From Alphaproteobacteria bacterium (GTDB taxonomy: Bacteria > Pseudomonadota > Alphaproteobacteria > SP197): a DNA stretch of 64,000 nt. The stretch lies in contig OZ219918.1 in the NCBI GenBank assembly GCA_964291415.2, forward strand, positions 640,001 to 704,000. The letters run 5' to 3'. The notes below the pieces were generated by a model, which was not told the origin of the DNA, ran no database searches, and saw only the letters and a list, made by a program, of their open reading frames with translations. The translations under genes and the position numbers were made by a program. Below, piece by piece: positions 1-10,491 of this stretch; position 1 is the stretch's first letter, and each line of letters opens with the position of its first letter.

Positions 1-402
1 GTCGATAACCTTGGGGTTGACCGAGGTGCCGACGGCCTCCTGCACGTCGCGCCCCGCGAGATCGATTGCGCAGGCGCGGTCGTAGTCCAGCGTGATGTTG
101 GCCTTGTGTGCCGAGATGAGCGCCTGCACCACGCGCGCGACGTTGCCGCCGGCGAGGTAGTGAGCCTCGAGCTGGTCGCCCGAGAGATCGATGCCCGCTT
201 TCTTCGCGGTGATCCGCACCGTCACGATGACCGAGGGTTTCACCTTGCGGAAGCGCATGAAGATGATCTGGAGCAGGCTCACCGTCGCGTTGGAGAGAAT
301 CGATTGCCACCACAGCCAGAAGGCACTCCAGAGGAACACGAAGAACACGATCGCGATCAGGGCGATGACGATCGCGAATATGAGATTCAAGTCGAAAAAC
401 AT
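1..402 (-). CDS. floA: Flotillin-like SPFH protein FloA/YqfA, 3' end runs off the window
   Basis: Manual minus-strand translation gives [21 protein letters not shown]... and ...[30 protein letters not shown], the FloA signature. GAGGAGG RBS precedes the ATG at 402, and the gene lies downstream of nfeD genes. Not in the ORF track. Confidence 0.85.
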   Translation of the reverse strand, partial: MFFDLNLIFAIVIALIAIVFFVFLWSAFWLWWQSILSNATVSLLQIIFMRFRKVKPSVIVTVRITAKKAGIDLSGDQLEAHYLAGGNVARVVQALISAHKANITLDYDRACAIDLAGRDVQEAVGTSVNPKVID

Positions 403-421
403 GGCGTCTTGCCTCCTCAGG

Positions 422-964
422 TCACGACGTGACGTCGCGAGGTTCTTTGTCCGCCGCCGGAGCGACGAACACGATGGGACCGTCGATGTGCAGCACCACC
501 ACCTTCTCGCCGCTTCCCAGGCTGCCGGTCTGCACCTGCACGTCGCACTCCCCGCCGGCGAAACGCGCTCGCCCCGAAGGCCGCGCCCGGGTCACCATAA
601 GACCTTCCGCGCCGGGATGCACACCGACCACCTCGGCGTAGTGATGATAGCCCGCTTCAGCCGTGATCTCGCTCTTCGGAACAAGCCGGCGCGACTTGCG
701 GATGCGTGCGAGGCCCCAGCGTCCGAGCACCACCGCAAGGACGGGAACGGCCACCGTCATGGCCCAACCGGCCACCTCGGCGGCGGCGAACGCATAGTGG
801 ATCGCAGCGACGGCCGATGCGATCGAGGAGACCAGCAGGATCCCGAACGACACCACGAAGATCTCGAGGATCAGCAATGTGACGGCGAGAACGAGCAGTC
901 CGAGCGAGAGCCCGAATGCCTGCCAGTCGACGTCGACTGCTGCCGAAAGGGCGGCGTTATCCAC
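422..964 (-). CDS. Short NfeD-family membrane protein (TM helices plus C-terminal OB fold)
   Basis: [15 protein letters not shown] motif and C-terminal G..VT.ARPSG.ARF...DV....G.KVVV pattern. The GTG start overlaps the stop of the upstream nfeD. Confidence 0.8.
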   Translation of the reverse strand: MDNAALSAAVDVDWQAFGLSLGLLVLAVTLLILEIFVVSFGILLVSSIASAVAAIHYAFAAAEVAGWAMTVAVPVLAVVLGRWGLARIRKSRRLVPKSEITAEAGYHHYAEVVGVHPGAEGLMVTRARPSGRARFAGGECDVQVQTGSLGSGEKVVVLHIDGPIVFVAPAADKEPRDVTS

Positions 965-2573
965 GATCGGTCTCCTCGCTGCCGTCGGCCACCGACCGCA
1001 CGACCACTTCGCCGAATTCAACCGACACCACCTCCACTGTCGCCCCCGCCGGCACGTAGGCGCCGTGTTCGGCCCGGGCGCGGATCGACTCTGCGCCGAG
1101 CCGTACCGTTCCGCCCGGGTGAAGTGCCTCGGCTGCCTTGCCGCGCCTGCCCAGCAACTCGCCGGCACGAGCCTCGATTGTGCCCGCGCTGGTCGCGGTC
1201 ACCTCGTCCGTCATCGCCAGGTGCCGGCGCAGAGCGGTGCTGCGCGGGAGGAACCGCATGGCGAGCACGGTGCCGACCACCACGATCCCCACCGCGGTCG
1301 CGCCGCCGAACGCGGCATCGGTCAGCGCATCGACGAAAACCGGGTCGTCGAAGTCGAACGTCATCTCGTTCGGCACGAACGCGAGCACGAGACCGGTGAA
1401 CCCTGCCGCTCCGCCGAGTGCCCCGAGCAGCCCGCCGCCCACTGTCGTGTAGATTTCGAGGGCGACGAGGCCAATGCCGATCACGATCAGCAACAGTTCG
1501 ATGTTCTCGATGAGGTCGAGGGAGTACTGGGCAAGGAGGAATCCCGTCCCGAGCAGGGCGGCCAGAGCAACCCACAGGCCGACACCCGGTGTCTTCAGTT
1601 CGAACAGCAGGAAGAGCACCGCGAGACCCGCCAGGATCGGCGCGAACCGCGACAGCGCCCAGGCTGCCCGCTCGATTCCCCGTGGCGAAAGATCGACGAC
1701 ATCGTCCGCGGTGACGCCGAGCCGCTCGTGCATCGCGTCGAGATCGGCGACGTTGCCGGTCGCCATGTCGAACATCACCGCCTCGCGGCCGGTCAGCGTC
1801 AGCAGGCGATCCGGACCGCGATAGACGATGACCTGAGTCGGATCGTCGCGGTCGACTTCGGGATGCGCGGCGAGGAACTCCGGGAGGTCATCCTCTATGA
1901 CGTATTCCGCTGGCCCGCCCGGCGGGGTGACCCGGTAGAGCGACTGCTTGTGTGCGGTCATCTTGAGCAGCATCCCGCGGTTCCAGCCGCGCTGCTCCGC
2001 CGCCTGTGTCAAAAGGGTGCGCACCACGGTCTCGAACTTCTCCGGGGCGTACTTGATCTCCCCTTCCGGGGACTGGAACACGACGCCGATGTCGCCGATG
2101 GACGCGGTCTCGCTGAGGTACACCTCCTCGTGGGCGTAGGCGATCAGCGCGCCGGCGGAAATCGCGCGGAAATCAATGAAGGCGACAGTCCGGATTCCGT
2201 CCGCCTCCAGATCGAGGATGCGCTTGAACATGGAGCGCGCGTAGTGGACCGCCCCGCCATCGGTGTCGATGCGTACGAGAAGGGTGTCGACACCCTCGGC
2301 CTGTGCCTGCTCGATGGCGCGGGCGAGGTAGCGGTCGGAGTGGCGATCGATGACGTCGTCAATCTCCATGTAGCCGACGACGCCATGGTCCGTGGCGGCG
2401 GAAATCCCATCCTCGGTGGCCGCCGCATACGCCGCAGCCAGGAGGAGACACCCCGCGAGCCATGCGGCGAGCCCGGCGCGCGCCTTGGTGGCCGTTCGAA
2501 CGCTTGTTCCGGTGACCCCGGCCCTCGACGATGCGAGGCCGCGCGCAAGACATGGCAGGAGGACGGAGCGCAT
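957..2573 (-). CDS. nfeD: Long NfeD (YqeZ/NfeD1b-like) membrane-bound ClpP-class protease
   Basis: IDTDGG, AISAGALIAYA and LLTLTG motifs, ELKTPGVG TM region and C-terminal OB fold. The true start may be ~100 nt downstream of 2573. Confidence 0.85.
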   Translation of the reverse strand: MRSVLLPCLARGLASSRAGVTGTSVRTATKARAGLAAWLAGCLLLAAAYAAATEDGISAATDHGVVGYMEIDDVIDRHSDRYLARAIEQAQAEGVDTLLVRIDTDGGAVHYARSMFKRILDLEADGIRTVAFIDFRAISAGALIAYAHEEVYLSETASIGDIGVVFQSPEGEIKYAPEKFETVVRTLLTQAAEQRGWNRGMLLKMTAHKQSLYRVTPPGGPAEYVIEDDLPEFLAAHPEVDRDDPTQVIVYRGPDRLLTLTGREAVMFDMATGNVADLDAMHERLGVTADDVVDLSPRGIERAAWALSRFAPILAGLAVLFLLFELKTPGVGLWVALAALLGTGFLLAQYSLDLIENIELLLIVIGIGLVALEIYTTVGGGLLGALGGAAGFTGLVLAFVPNEMTFDFDDPVFVDALTDAAFGGATAVGIVVVGTVLAMRFLPRSTALRRHLAMTDEVTATSAGTIEARAGELLGRRGKAAEALHPGGTVRLGAESIRARAEHGAYVPAGATVEVVSVEFGEVVVRSVADGSEETDRG

Positions 2574-2577
2574 TCCG

Positions 2578-3024
2578 TCAGTTCCCCGTGCCGTCGCTTT
2601 CGAGCATCGCGGTCGCGAGCACGTCGGGCAGTCTCTGCATGACCGGCACGGGAATCGTGGTCGCCTGCGACCACGTGACCGCGTAGTCGCCGCCGTCGCG
2701 CCTGCGGTAGACGAGGAAGAGCCTGCCGTCGTCGGAGATTGCCAGCTCGGCCCATTCGTTGTGATAGAAGCTGTCGAGGTCCGCGGCGTCTACCACGGTG
2801 GCGAGTCGCAGCCGCTGGGGACGGCTCGCCGGATCCATCACCGTCAGCACTTCGGGAACGGCCGCTGCCGCACGTTCGAGCGCATCGCTGAGCAGCGCGT
2901 CGAGTTCGTATCTGCGTGCCTCTGGAAACGCGCTCCAGCGGATCAGAATCTGGGCGCGAAGCCGAGCAAGGGGCTCGCCCCCGGAGGAAGCGGCTCCTTG
3001 GTCCGATTGGGCTGCATCCGACAT
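2578..3024 (-). CDS. Hypothetical protein, first gene of the nfeD-floA operon
   Basis: 148-aa ORF with GGAG RBS, abutting nfeD, protein-like composition. Confidence 0.6.
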   Translation of the reverse strand: MSDAAQSDQGAASSGGEPLARLRAQILIRWSAFPEARRYELDALLSDALERAAAAVPEVLTVMDPASRPQRLRLATVVDAADLDSFYHNEWAELAISDDGRLFLVYRRRDGGDYAVTWSQATTIPVPVMQRLPDVLATAMLESDGTGN

Positions 3025-3203
3025 GGCTCCATTGTCGGGATTGAGACGCGTTGCGACAAGTGCGGCCGCGACGGAACCTCATCGACACTGACCGCGAATG
3101 CGCCAGGCGCAGCGGCTCATTGGGAGCATGGCGCAACAACTCGCATTGGCGAGGAGACCGCCGAAGACCGTGCCGACCAGGGGGATTGACCGGCCCGTTG
3201 CCT

Positions 3204-4463
3204 TCAGGCTTCCCAGAGCAGCCGGACTGGAATCGCGTAGAGCCGGGAGCTGACCCGTTGGATGCGTTGGCCATCGTGAAGAACGATGCCGCAGACAAAC
3301 CTCTTGCCGAGGACATCTCTGAGACGCCGCAGTCCCCTGAAGTCCCGGGGGAGCGCCGTTGCCGCAGCCTTGACCTCAACCGCGACAATGTCTCCGGGCG
3401 AACGCTCCAGGATGAAGTCGACCTTGATCCCGTCCTTGTCGCGGTAGTGGCTGACGGTTGTCTGGTCGTGGTCGAGGGCCATGGCCTTGGCAAGTTCTCC
3501 GTAGACGAAGCTCTCCAGGAGTGGACCCGACTTCTGGCGGTCCCTCGCGATTGCGGCCACGTCCGTGCGTCGGAGCGATGCGAGAAGGCCGGAATCCAGG
3601 AAGTGCAGCTTCGGTGTCCGGACGAGCCGTTTCAGGTTGTTGTTGTGCCAGGCGGGAGTGCGCCGGAGCAGGAACATGCGTTCGAGAAGGACGAGCCAGC
3701 GGTCCACGGTCTTGCCATCCACACCAAGATGCGATCCAAGGCCGGACATGTTGAGCAACTGGCCCGTCGACACTGCCGCGTGCCGGATCAGGCGGACCAG
3801 TTCATTGCGTCTTCCGATCGGAGCAATGTCGGCGACATCGCGTTCGGCAAGCGCGCGCGCATAGGCGTTGAGCCAGGCACGGCGCCGTGCCGGCGTCGTG
3901 CGGAAGAGGGCCGAGGGAAAGCCTCCGCCCACGACCCGGTCGAGGAGATCCGCAGAAGCTTGCGTTTCCCCGATGCTCGGGAAATCGCCGGCAAATGCGC
4001 GGTCAAGGAAGCGGGACGGTCCGGTACCGGCAATCTCTGCTTGAGAAAACGGCAGGAGCTCAATGGTCTCGACGCGGCCGGCCAGAGAATCCGGGGAGAG
4101 TGTTCCCTTGAAGAGATCGACGGATCCCGTCAACAGGAAACGTCCCGGAGAGGGATTCTCGTCAACATCGCGCTTGATTGCCAGAATGAGTTCAGGCGCG
4201 CGCTGGATCTCGTCAATCACGGCAGGTTGCAGACCACGGACAAACCCGACGGGATCGTCCCTGGCGAAGCGCCGGGACTGGTCATCATCCAGGGTGACGA
4301 ACGTGCGGCCGTCATCTTCGGCGATCCGCCGTGCCAGCGTCGTCTTGCCGGACTGCCGGGGTCCGACGATGGCAACGACACGCGTGTCGGTGAGCGCCAG
4401 GCGAACCGGAGTTTCGGCGTGCCGGAGCACGAAGGGGTCGATACGTGCCGTCTGATCCGGCAT
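3204..4463 (-). CDS. AAA_14 ATPase with DUF4143 and C-terminal PD-(D/E)xK-like tail
   Basis: Walker A GPRQSGKT, IDEIQR, LLTGS, SLAGR, PKLHFLDSGL and VDFILE...VEVK motifs. Confidence 0.9.
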   Translation of the reverse strand: MPDQTARIDPFVLRHAETPVRLALTDTRVVAIVGPRQSGKTTLARRIAEDDGRTFVTLDDDQSRRFARDDPVGFVRGLQPAVIDEIQRAPELILAIKRDVDENPSPGRFLLTGSVDLFKGTLSPDSLAGRVETIELLPFSQAEIAGTGPSRFLDRAFAGDFPSIGETQASADLLDRVVGGGFPSALFRTTPARRRAWLNAYARALAERDVADIAPIGRRNELVRLIRHAAVSTGQLLNMSGLGSHLGVDGKTVDRWLVLLERMFLLRRTPAWHNNNLKRLVRTPKLHFLDSGLLASLRRTDVAAIARDRQKSGPLLESFVYGELAKAMALDHDQTTVSHYRDKDGIKVDFILERSPGDIVAVEVKAAATALPRDFRGLRRLRDVLGKRFVCGIVLHDGQRIQRVSSRLYAIPVRLLWEA

Positions 4464-4561
4464 GACGTGCCGTCCAATCCGGAATGAGTCAGCGTCCAAT
4501 CCGGTATAGACCATAGTGCATGCGGGTGGAAGGGCTCAAACAATGCGGGCCCTTGAGCGCG

Positions 4562-5251
4562 TCAGACTCCGAGATATCGATGGAGAGTGGCGTCGTCGAG
4601 TTCGGCGGGGCTGCCGCGCCATGCGGTGCGGCCCTTCTCGAGAATGACGCAACGCGTGGCGTTGGCGAGGAGGTCGCCGACGACCTTGTCGACAAGAAGG
4701 ATCGACTGGCCCGTGGCCTTCAGGATGGCGATGGCTTGCCAGATGTCGCGGCGCACGGTAGGGGCCAGGCCTTCGGTCGCTTCGTCCATGACAAGGAGTT
4801 TCGGATTGGTCATGAGGGCGCGGCCGATCGCCAGCATCTGCTGTTCGCCCCCGGAGAGCGTTGACGCCTCCCGGGAAAGATGCGGCTTCAACGCAGGGAA
4901 GAGTTCCAGGATGCGCGGCATGTCCCACGCTCCCCGCCTGGCCGCCACGACGAGGTTCTCGTGCACAGTCAGGTTCGCAAAACACCGGCGCCCCTCGGGA
5001 ACCAGGCCGATGCCGGAGCGGGCAATGTGGTGGGGCTGGGCGCCCAGAACATTCTCGTCCTCGAGGAGAATCGTCCCCCGGCATGGCCTCATGAGACCGC
5101 ACAGGGCCCTGATGGTCGTCGTCTTTCCCATGCCGTTTCGCCCCATGAGAGCCACCACCTCTCCGGCGGCGACGTCAAGATCGACACCGAAGAGCGCCTG
5201 GGCCGGTCCGTACCAGGCCTCCAGGTTCTCGATGGCAAGGAGACTTGTCAC
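4562..5251 (-). CDS. Branched-chain-type ABC transporter ATP-binding subunit (LivF-like)
   Basis: GRNGMGKT and LSGGEQQMLAIGRALM motifs. Confidence 0.92.
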   Translation of the reverse strand: MTSLLAIENLEAWYGPAQALFGVDLDVAAGEVVALMGRNGMGKTTTIRALCGLMRPCRGTILLEDENVLGAQPHHIARSGIGLVPEGRRCFANLTVHENLVVAARRGAWDMPRILELFPALKPHLSREASTLSGGEQQMLAIGRALMTNPKLLVMDEATEGLAPTVRRDIWQAIAILKATGQSILLVDKVVGDLLANATRCVILEKGRTAWRGSPAELDDATLHRYLGV

Positions 5252-6018
5252 GGGTGTTCCACTCCCAGATAGGCGGCACGCACCGCGTCGTCGGAGCGGA
5301 TCGCATCGGGTCGTCCGGTAGCGATGAGCCGGCCGTCAACGAGAACCGAGATCCTGTCGGCGAGGGCAAAGACCGCATCCATGTCGTGCTCGACGAGGAG
5401 CACCGGCGCGGTCTGGCGCAGGGAATCGAGGAGGCCGATCAGCATGCGCGATCCTTCCTGGTCCAGGCCGGCCATGGGCTCGTCGAGAAGGAAGGCGGCG
5501 GGCTCCAGGGCAAGGGCGATGGCGATCTCGAGAAGCCGCCGTTCACCATGGCTGATTTCCGAAACCCGTTCCCGGTGCCGCGAGTCGAGACCAACCCGCT
5601 CGAGGCACTGTCGCGCCAGACTCCGCAGTTCCCTGTCCCGGGCGACGGGAGCGAAGAACCGCATGCTCTCTCCCAGGCGTCCCAGGTGGGCAAGCATGAC
5701 GTTCTCCAGAACCGTGAACTCCGGGATGAGGGACGAGATCTGAAAGGTGCGCGCCATTCCGAGGCGGGCCCTTTGGGCGGCACTCATCTGGCCGATGTCG
5801 CGGCCCTGGAAACGGATGGACCCGCTGTCCGGGGCGAGGTCGCCGGCCACCTGCCTGATGAAGGTGGACTTGCCGGCTCCGTTGGGACCGATCAGCGCAT
5901 GGATCTCTCCGGTGACGAGATCGAGAGAGACGGCGTCATTGGCCCTGACGGCGCCGAAGCTTCTGGTCAGGCCGGCGACGTCGAGCACGACCGGCGCCAT
6001 GTCGGGCTCAGCCGTCAT
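5248..6018 (-). CDS. Branched-chain-type ABC transporter ATP-binding subunit (LivG-like)
   Basis: GPNGAGKS, RTFQ, LLDEPMAG, VEHDMD and terminal AYLG motifs. Confidence 0.92.
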   Translation of the reverse strand: MTAEPDMAPVVLDVAGLTRSFGAVRANDAVSLDLVTGEIHALIGPNGAGKSTFIRQVAGDLAPDSGSIRFQGRDIGQMSAAQRARLGMARTFQISSLIPEFTVLENVMLAHLGRLGESMRFFAPVARDRELRSLARQCLERVGLDSRHRERVSEISHGERRLLEIAIALALEPAAFLLDEPMAGLDQEGSRMLIGLLDSLRQTAPVLLVEHDMDAVFALADRISVLVDGRLIATGRPDAIRSDDAVRAAYLGVEHP

Positions 6019-6988
6019 CGTGGCGCCGCCCGGAGGCGAACCCCATGATGCCGCCACGGGCGTGGAGGACCACGGCGATAAGCAGCAGCCCGACCCAGAA
6101 CTGCCAGTGGTCGGTCATGGAGCCCAGCACCTGTTCGAGCAGGACATAGAGGGCGGCGCCGGCGATGGGTCCCCACAGGCGGGCCACGCCGCCGAGGATG
6201 ACGAAGACCATGATCTCGCCGGAGGTGTGCCAGCTCAGCATGGACGGACTGACGAAGCGATTGAGGTCGACGAAGAGCGCGCCTGCGAGCGCCGTGATGG
6301 CGCCCGACATGACGAAGGCGACCAGGCGTATGCGGAAACCGCCTATGCCCACACTGCGCACGCGGGTCTCGTTCTGCCTGACGGCATTGAGCGCCAGGCC
6401 GAATCGCGACTGTACGACCCTCGAGACGATGACGATGACGACGACAAGGGCGGCGAAGACAATCAGGAAGAACGTCAGCGGATCCATGGTGTCGAGGCCG
6501 AAGAGGCTGTTGCGCAGGTAGATCGGCAACCCGTCCTCGCCGCCATAGGCCGGCCACGAGATCGTGAAGTAGTAGATCATCTGGGCGAACGCCAGCGTGA
6601 TCATGATGAAGTAGACACCGGTCGTTCTGAGTGACAGACAGCCGATGAGAAGGGCGAGCAACGCTCCGCAGACGATGGCGAAGAGCCAGATGACGATCAT
6701 GGAATCGGTGCCGCCCAGCGCGACCGGCCACGCCAGAACCGGATGTCCTTCCATCGCGTGGTGAGCGAGAATGCCCGCCACGTAGCCGCCGATTCCGAAG
6801 TACGCCGCGTGTCCCAGGGACACCATGCCGCCATAGCCCAGCACCAGATTGAGCCCCACGCCCGCCATCCCGAGGATGGCGACACGGGTTGCCAGGGTGA
6901 TGAGCCACGGTTCGTCCAGGACCATGCCGGCAAGCGGCACCGCAAGGAGCAGGAGAACGACGGTCGTGGACGCGAGCCTCGGGGTCAT
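6008..6988 (-). CDS. Branched-chain-type ABC transporter permease (LivM-like)
   Basis: GYGGMVSLGHAAYFGIGGY, YFIMITLAF and GGEDG motifs; multiple TM segments. Confidence 0.9.
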   Translation of the reverse strand: MTPRLASTTVVLLLLAVPLAGMVLDEPWLITLATRVAILGMAGVGLNLVLGYGGMVSLGHAAYFGIGGYVAGILAHHAMEGHPVLAWPVALGGTDSMIVIWLFAIVCGALLALLIGCLSLRTTGVYFIMITLAFAQMIYYFTISWPAYGGEDGLPIYLRNSLFGLDTMDPLTFFLIVFAALVVVIVIVSRVVQSRFGLALNAVRQNETRVRSVGIGGFRIRLVAFVMSGAITALAGALFVDLNRFVSPSMLSWHTSGEIMVFVILGGVARLWGPIAGAALYVLLEQVLGSMTDHWQFWVGLLLIAVVLHARGGIMGFASGRRHDDG

Positions 6989-6995
6989 GGCTCTG

Positions 6996-7916
6996 TCACG
7001 CGACCTTGCCGAAGAGGCCGCCGGGCCTGAAGAACAGGATCAGGGCCATCAGCAGATAGATGAGCATCGAGGCCAGCGAGGCGCCTGTGGCAGCGGCATC
7101 GGCCGGCTCGAGAAAGGTGGCGAAGAGCGCCGGGAGAAGGAGGCGGCCCATGGTGTCCGTCACGCCCACCAGGACGGCGCCGACGAGAGCGCCCTTGATG
7201 GAGCCGATACCGCCGATGACGATCACCACGAAGGCGAGAATCAGGACAGGCTCGCCCATGCCGACTTCCACGGACGTGATGGATCCGATGACGGCGCCGG
7301 CAAACCCCGCAAGGGCGGCGCCCAGGGCAAAGACCGCGGTATAGAGCGCGCGGATGTTGACACCGATGGCGGCGATCATTTCGCGATCCGACTCGCCGGC
7401 CCGGATGCGCATGCCAAGCCGGGTCCGGGAGACGAGCTGGAAGAGACCGGCCGCGACCGCAAGGCCGGCAGCGATGATGACCAGACGATAGAGGGGATAG
7501 TCCAGCCCGCCGGGCAGGAGAACGGTTCCGGCCAGCGCCGGGGGAATGTCGAGGTAGAGGGGAAAGGCGCCGAAAATCCAGCGGATGCCTTCCGAAAAGA
7601 CGAGGATGAGCGCGAAGGTGACCAGGACCTGATCCAGGTGTCCTCTCTGGTAGAGGCGCCGCATGAGGGTCACTTCGACAAGGGCGCCCGCGGCTGCCGC
7701 GGCGGCGAGACTCGCCGCAAGGCCGAGCCAGAACGAACCGGTGACCGACACCACGGCGGCGCAGGCGAAGGCTCCGATCATGTAGAGGGAACCATGGGCC
7801 AGATTGATGAGCCCCATGACGCCGAAGACCAGGGTGAGGCCTGCGGACATGAGGAACAGCATGACGCCGAACTGCAGGCCGTTGAGGACCTGCTCGGCGA
7901 TCAGTGTTGCCGGCAT
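6996..7916 (-). CDS. Branched-chain-type ABC transporter permease (LivH-like)
   Basis: GLTLVFGVMGLINLAHG, TRLGMRIRA, GGIGS and RPGGLFG motifs. Confidence 0.9.
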   Translation of the reverse strand: MPATLIAEQVLNGLQFGVMLFLMSAGLTLVFGVMGLINLAHGSLYMIGAFACAAVVSVTGSFWLGLAASLAAAAAAGALVEVTLMRRLYQRGHLDQVLVTFALILVFSEGIRWIFGAFPLYLDIPPALAGTVLLPGGLDYPLYRLVIIAAGLAVAAGLFQLVSRTRLGMRIRAGESDREMIAAIGVNIRALYTAVFALGAALAGFAGAVIGSITSVEVGMGEPVLILAFVVIVIGGIGSIKGALVGAVLVGVTDTMGRLLLPALFATFLEPADAAATGASLASMLIYLLMALILFFRPGGLFGKVA

Positions 7917-7974
7917 CACGAGTGCCGCCCTTCCGGCGGGCCCGCCAGGACACCGGCCGGAAGGGCAGGAATGG

Positions 7975-9114
7975 CTACATGGAACACTCGCCGGCGTAGG
8001 CGTCCGCGTGATCCTCGAGGGCGAGCGAAACGATACGGTTGGTGAGGACGCCGTCCTCCATGATCACCTCGCGCACGTAGATGTCCTGCACCGGGTGATG
8101 GTTGGGCCCGAACATGAAATCGCCCCTCACGGACGTGAAGTCGGCAGCCCGGAGCGCCTCGCGGAAAGCGTCCTCATCGCCGACATCGGCCTTGTCGAGA
8201 GCGCTGATCAGAAGATTGGCGGTATCGAATCCCTGCGAGGCATAGAGCGACGGCAGGCGCCCGTAGGCCTCCTGGAAACTGGCCACGAATGCCTTGTTGG
8301 CAGCGTTGTCGAGGTCCTTCGACCACTGCGAGGTGTTCTTCACACCCAGCGCGGCCTCGCCGACGGCGTTGAGGATGCCCTGGTCGAACGAGAACGCGGG
8401 GCCCACCACCGGAATGTCGACGCCGGAACCGGCGTACTGCTTCATGAACGAGATCCCCATGCCGCCGGGAAGGAAGAAGAAGACGCTGTCGGCATCCGAC
8501 GCGCGGATCTGCGCAATCTCCGCGGCGTAGTCGGTCTGACCGAGTTCGGTATAGACCTCGGCCGCGATCTCGCCGGTGAAGAACCTCTTGTAGCCGGTCA
8601 GCGCGTCGTGTCCGGCGGGATAGTTCGGCGCCAGGATGAAGGAGTTCGCGAAACCGGCGTCGTTGGCATAGCCACCGGCGGCTTCATGCAGGTTGTCGTT
8701 CTGCCAGGCGACATTGAAGTAGTTCTCGTGACATCCCTCGCCTGCGAGCTTCGAGGGTCCGGCATTGGGCGAGAGATAGAACTTTCCCTGGCGCACCACC
8801 GAAGGCACCACGGCGATGGCGAGGTTCGACCAGATGATGCCGGTCAGCACGTCGACGTTGTCGGACTGCACCATCTTGTCGGCGATCTGGACCGCGATCT
8901 CGGGCTTGCGCTGGTCGTCCTCGATCACGACGTCAATGTCGCTGCGCCCCGACTGCTCGAGAGCCAGCATGAATCCGTCGCGCACATCCACTCCGAGAGC
9001 CGAGCCGCCGCCCGACAGGGTCGTGATCATGCCCACTTTCAGGCCATCGGCCGACGCGGTCACCGACGCGGCGCACAGAGCCAGTGCCGCTACAGATGTC
9101 ACAAGCGCTCTCAT
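7975..9114 (-). CDS. ABC transporter substrate-binding protein (Leu/Ile/Val-binding fold, possibly for aromatic acids)
   Basis: Signal peptide, KVGMITTLSG and NAGPS motifs; first gene of the liv-like operon. Confidence 0.9.
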   Translation of the reverse strand: MRALVTSVAALALCAASVTASADGLKVGMITTLSGGGSALGVDVRDGFMLALEQSGRSDIDVVIEDDQRKPEIAVQIADKMVQSDNVDVLTGIIWSNLAIAVVPSVVRQGKFYLSPNAGPSKLAGEGCHENYFNVAWQNDNLHEAAGGYANDAGFANSFILAPNYPAGHDALTGYKRFFTGEIAAEVYTELGQTDYAAEIAQIRASDADSVFFFLPGGMGISFMKQYAGSGVDIPVVGPAFSFDQGILNAVGEAALGVKNTSQWSKDLDNAANKAFVASFQEAYGRLPSLYASQGFDTANLLISALDKADVGDEDAFREALRAADFTSVRGDFMFGPNHHPVQDIYVREVIMEDGVLTNRIVSLALEDHADAYAGECSM

Positions 9115-9309
9115 CTCCTAGTCCCCCTCACGTGTTGTGGACTGTCATGATACCTCAAGGGCCGGCGATCCGGCAGCAAGGTGGGTAACAAGCATCGGCC
9201 TTGCGTTCAAGGACCGCGCATGCCCCGGCATTCATCGCGGAACGCTTGCAGACAGGATTGAAGAGACGCATTCTTGAACCCTCGCGATGATTCGGGGAGG
9301 GGTTGAGAG

Positions 9310-10434
9310 ATGCATGTGATGAGAAAACCGCGTGTCGAGCAGTTGCAGAGGAAGCTGATCAACCGCGAAATCGACCGCCGCGACTTCATGGCCGCCGCCG
9401 CCACGGCGGGGCTGGCGCCGGTCGCATCGTCGGTTGTTCCTTCCGCCCGGGCCGCCCAGGGCGACATGATCCATTACTTCACATGGTCGGCCTACGAGGT
9501 GCCGGAGCTGCACCAGTCCTTCGTGGACAAGTACGGCCAGTCGCCGCACTGGTCGCTCTTCGCCTCGTCGGAGGATGGCCTGCAGAAGATCCGGGCGGGC
9601 TTCGCTGCCGATCTTGCGCATCCCTGTGTCGACAACGTGCCGCGCTGGCACGACGCGGGCGTGCTGCAGCCGATTGACACGTCGCGCATCGCTCAGTGGG
9701 ACGACATGTTCCCCGCACTCCACACCATGAACGGCGCGACGATCAACGACGAGGTCTACATGGTGATCACGGACTTCGGGCTGTCGTCTGTCATCTACCG
9801 CACCGACATCTACGAGGGCGAGGAAACCTGGAACATGCTGTTCGACGAGCGGTATGCCGGTCGCATCTGCCCCAATGCCGGCACGGCGAACCTCTCCATC
9901 GCACTCAAGCTGCTGGGATACGATCCCATGAACCCGACGGCCGAGCAGGTCAGGGAAGCGGCCGACATGGGCCGCAAGCAACGTCCTCTGGCCCGCTTCT
10001 ACTGGGAGAGCCAGACCGACATGGAACAGGCGGTGGCCACGGGCGAGTGCGTCGTTGCCTATGCCTGGAACGAGGCCCTCGTCAATCTCCTCGACCAGGG
10101 CGTTCCGGTGGCCTTCGCGGCGCCCAAGGAAGGCGCCTTCGGCTGGGCCTGTGGTCTCGTGCGTCTTGCCGCGGCCGAGAACGACGAACAGATGGCCTAC
10201 GATTTCATCGACGCGTGGCTGGCGCCGGAGACGGGCAAGTATCTCATCGAGTCCTACGGCTATGGACACGGCAACATCAAGTCGTTCGATCTGGTGGACC
10301 GCGCCACCCTCGTTGCGCTGGGCTACGACGACCCCGTGCGTCTGATGGAGGGCACCAATTTCTGGATTCCGGTCGAACCGGAGATCACCGAGCTGATGTA
10401 CGAGATCTGGGAGGATGTCATTGCCGGTCTCTAG
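9310..10434 (+). CDS. PotD/PotF-like extracellular solute-binding protein with Tat signal (copy 1)
   Basis: DRRDFM Tat motif, FTWSAY and PKEGAFGW motifs. Confidence 0.88.
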   Translation: MHVMRKPRVEQLQRKLINREIDRRDFMAAAATAGLAPVASSVVPSARAAQGDMIHYFTWSAYEVPELHQSFVDKYGQSPHWSLFASSEDGLQKIRAGFAADLAHPCVDNVPRWHDAGVLQPIDTSRIAQWDDMFPALHTMNGATINDEVYMVITDFGLSSVIYRTDIYEGEETWNMLFDERYAGRICPNAGTANLSIALKLLGYDPMNPTAEQVREAADMGRKQRPLARFYWESQTDMEQAVATGECVVAYAWNEALVNLLDQGVPVAFAAPKEGAFGWACGLVRLAAAENDEQMAYDFIDAWLAPETGKYLIESYGYGHGNIKSFDLVDRATLVALGYDDPVRLMEGTNFWIPVEPEITELMYEIWEDVIAGL

Positions 10435-10491
10435 AACCGGTTCAGTATTCAACCCGTTGTCATTGGAACAATACGAAGGAGTAACTTGACA

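Noticed and set aside
3204-4463. DUF4143 ATPase as a novel defence gene
   Set aside because: A common stand-alone family with no partner genes or mobile context here.
6424-6450. GAC/GAT trinucleotide run
   Set aside because: It is the antisense of Val/Ile codons in a permease TM helix.
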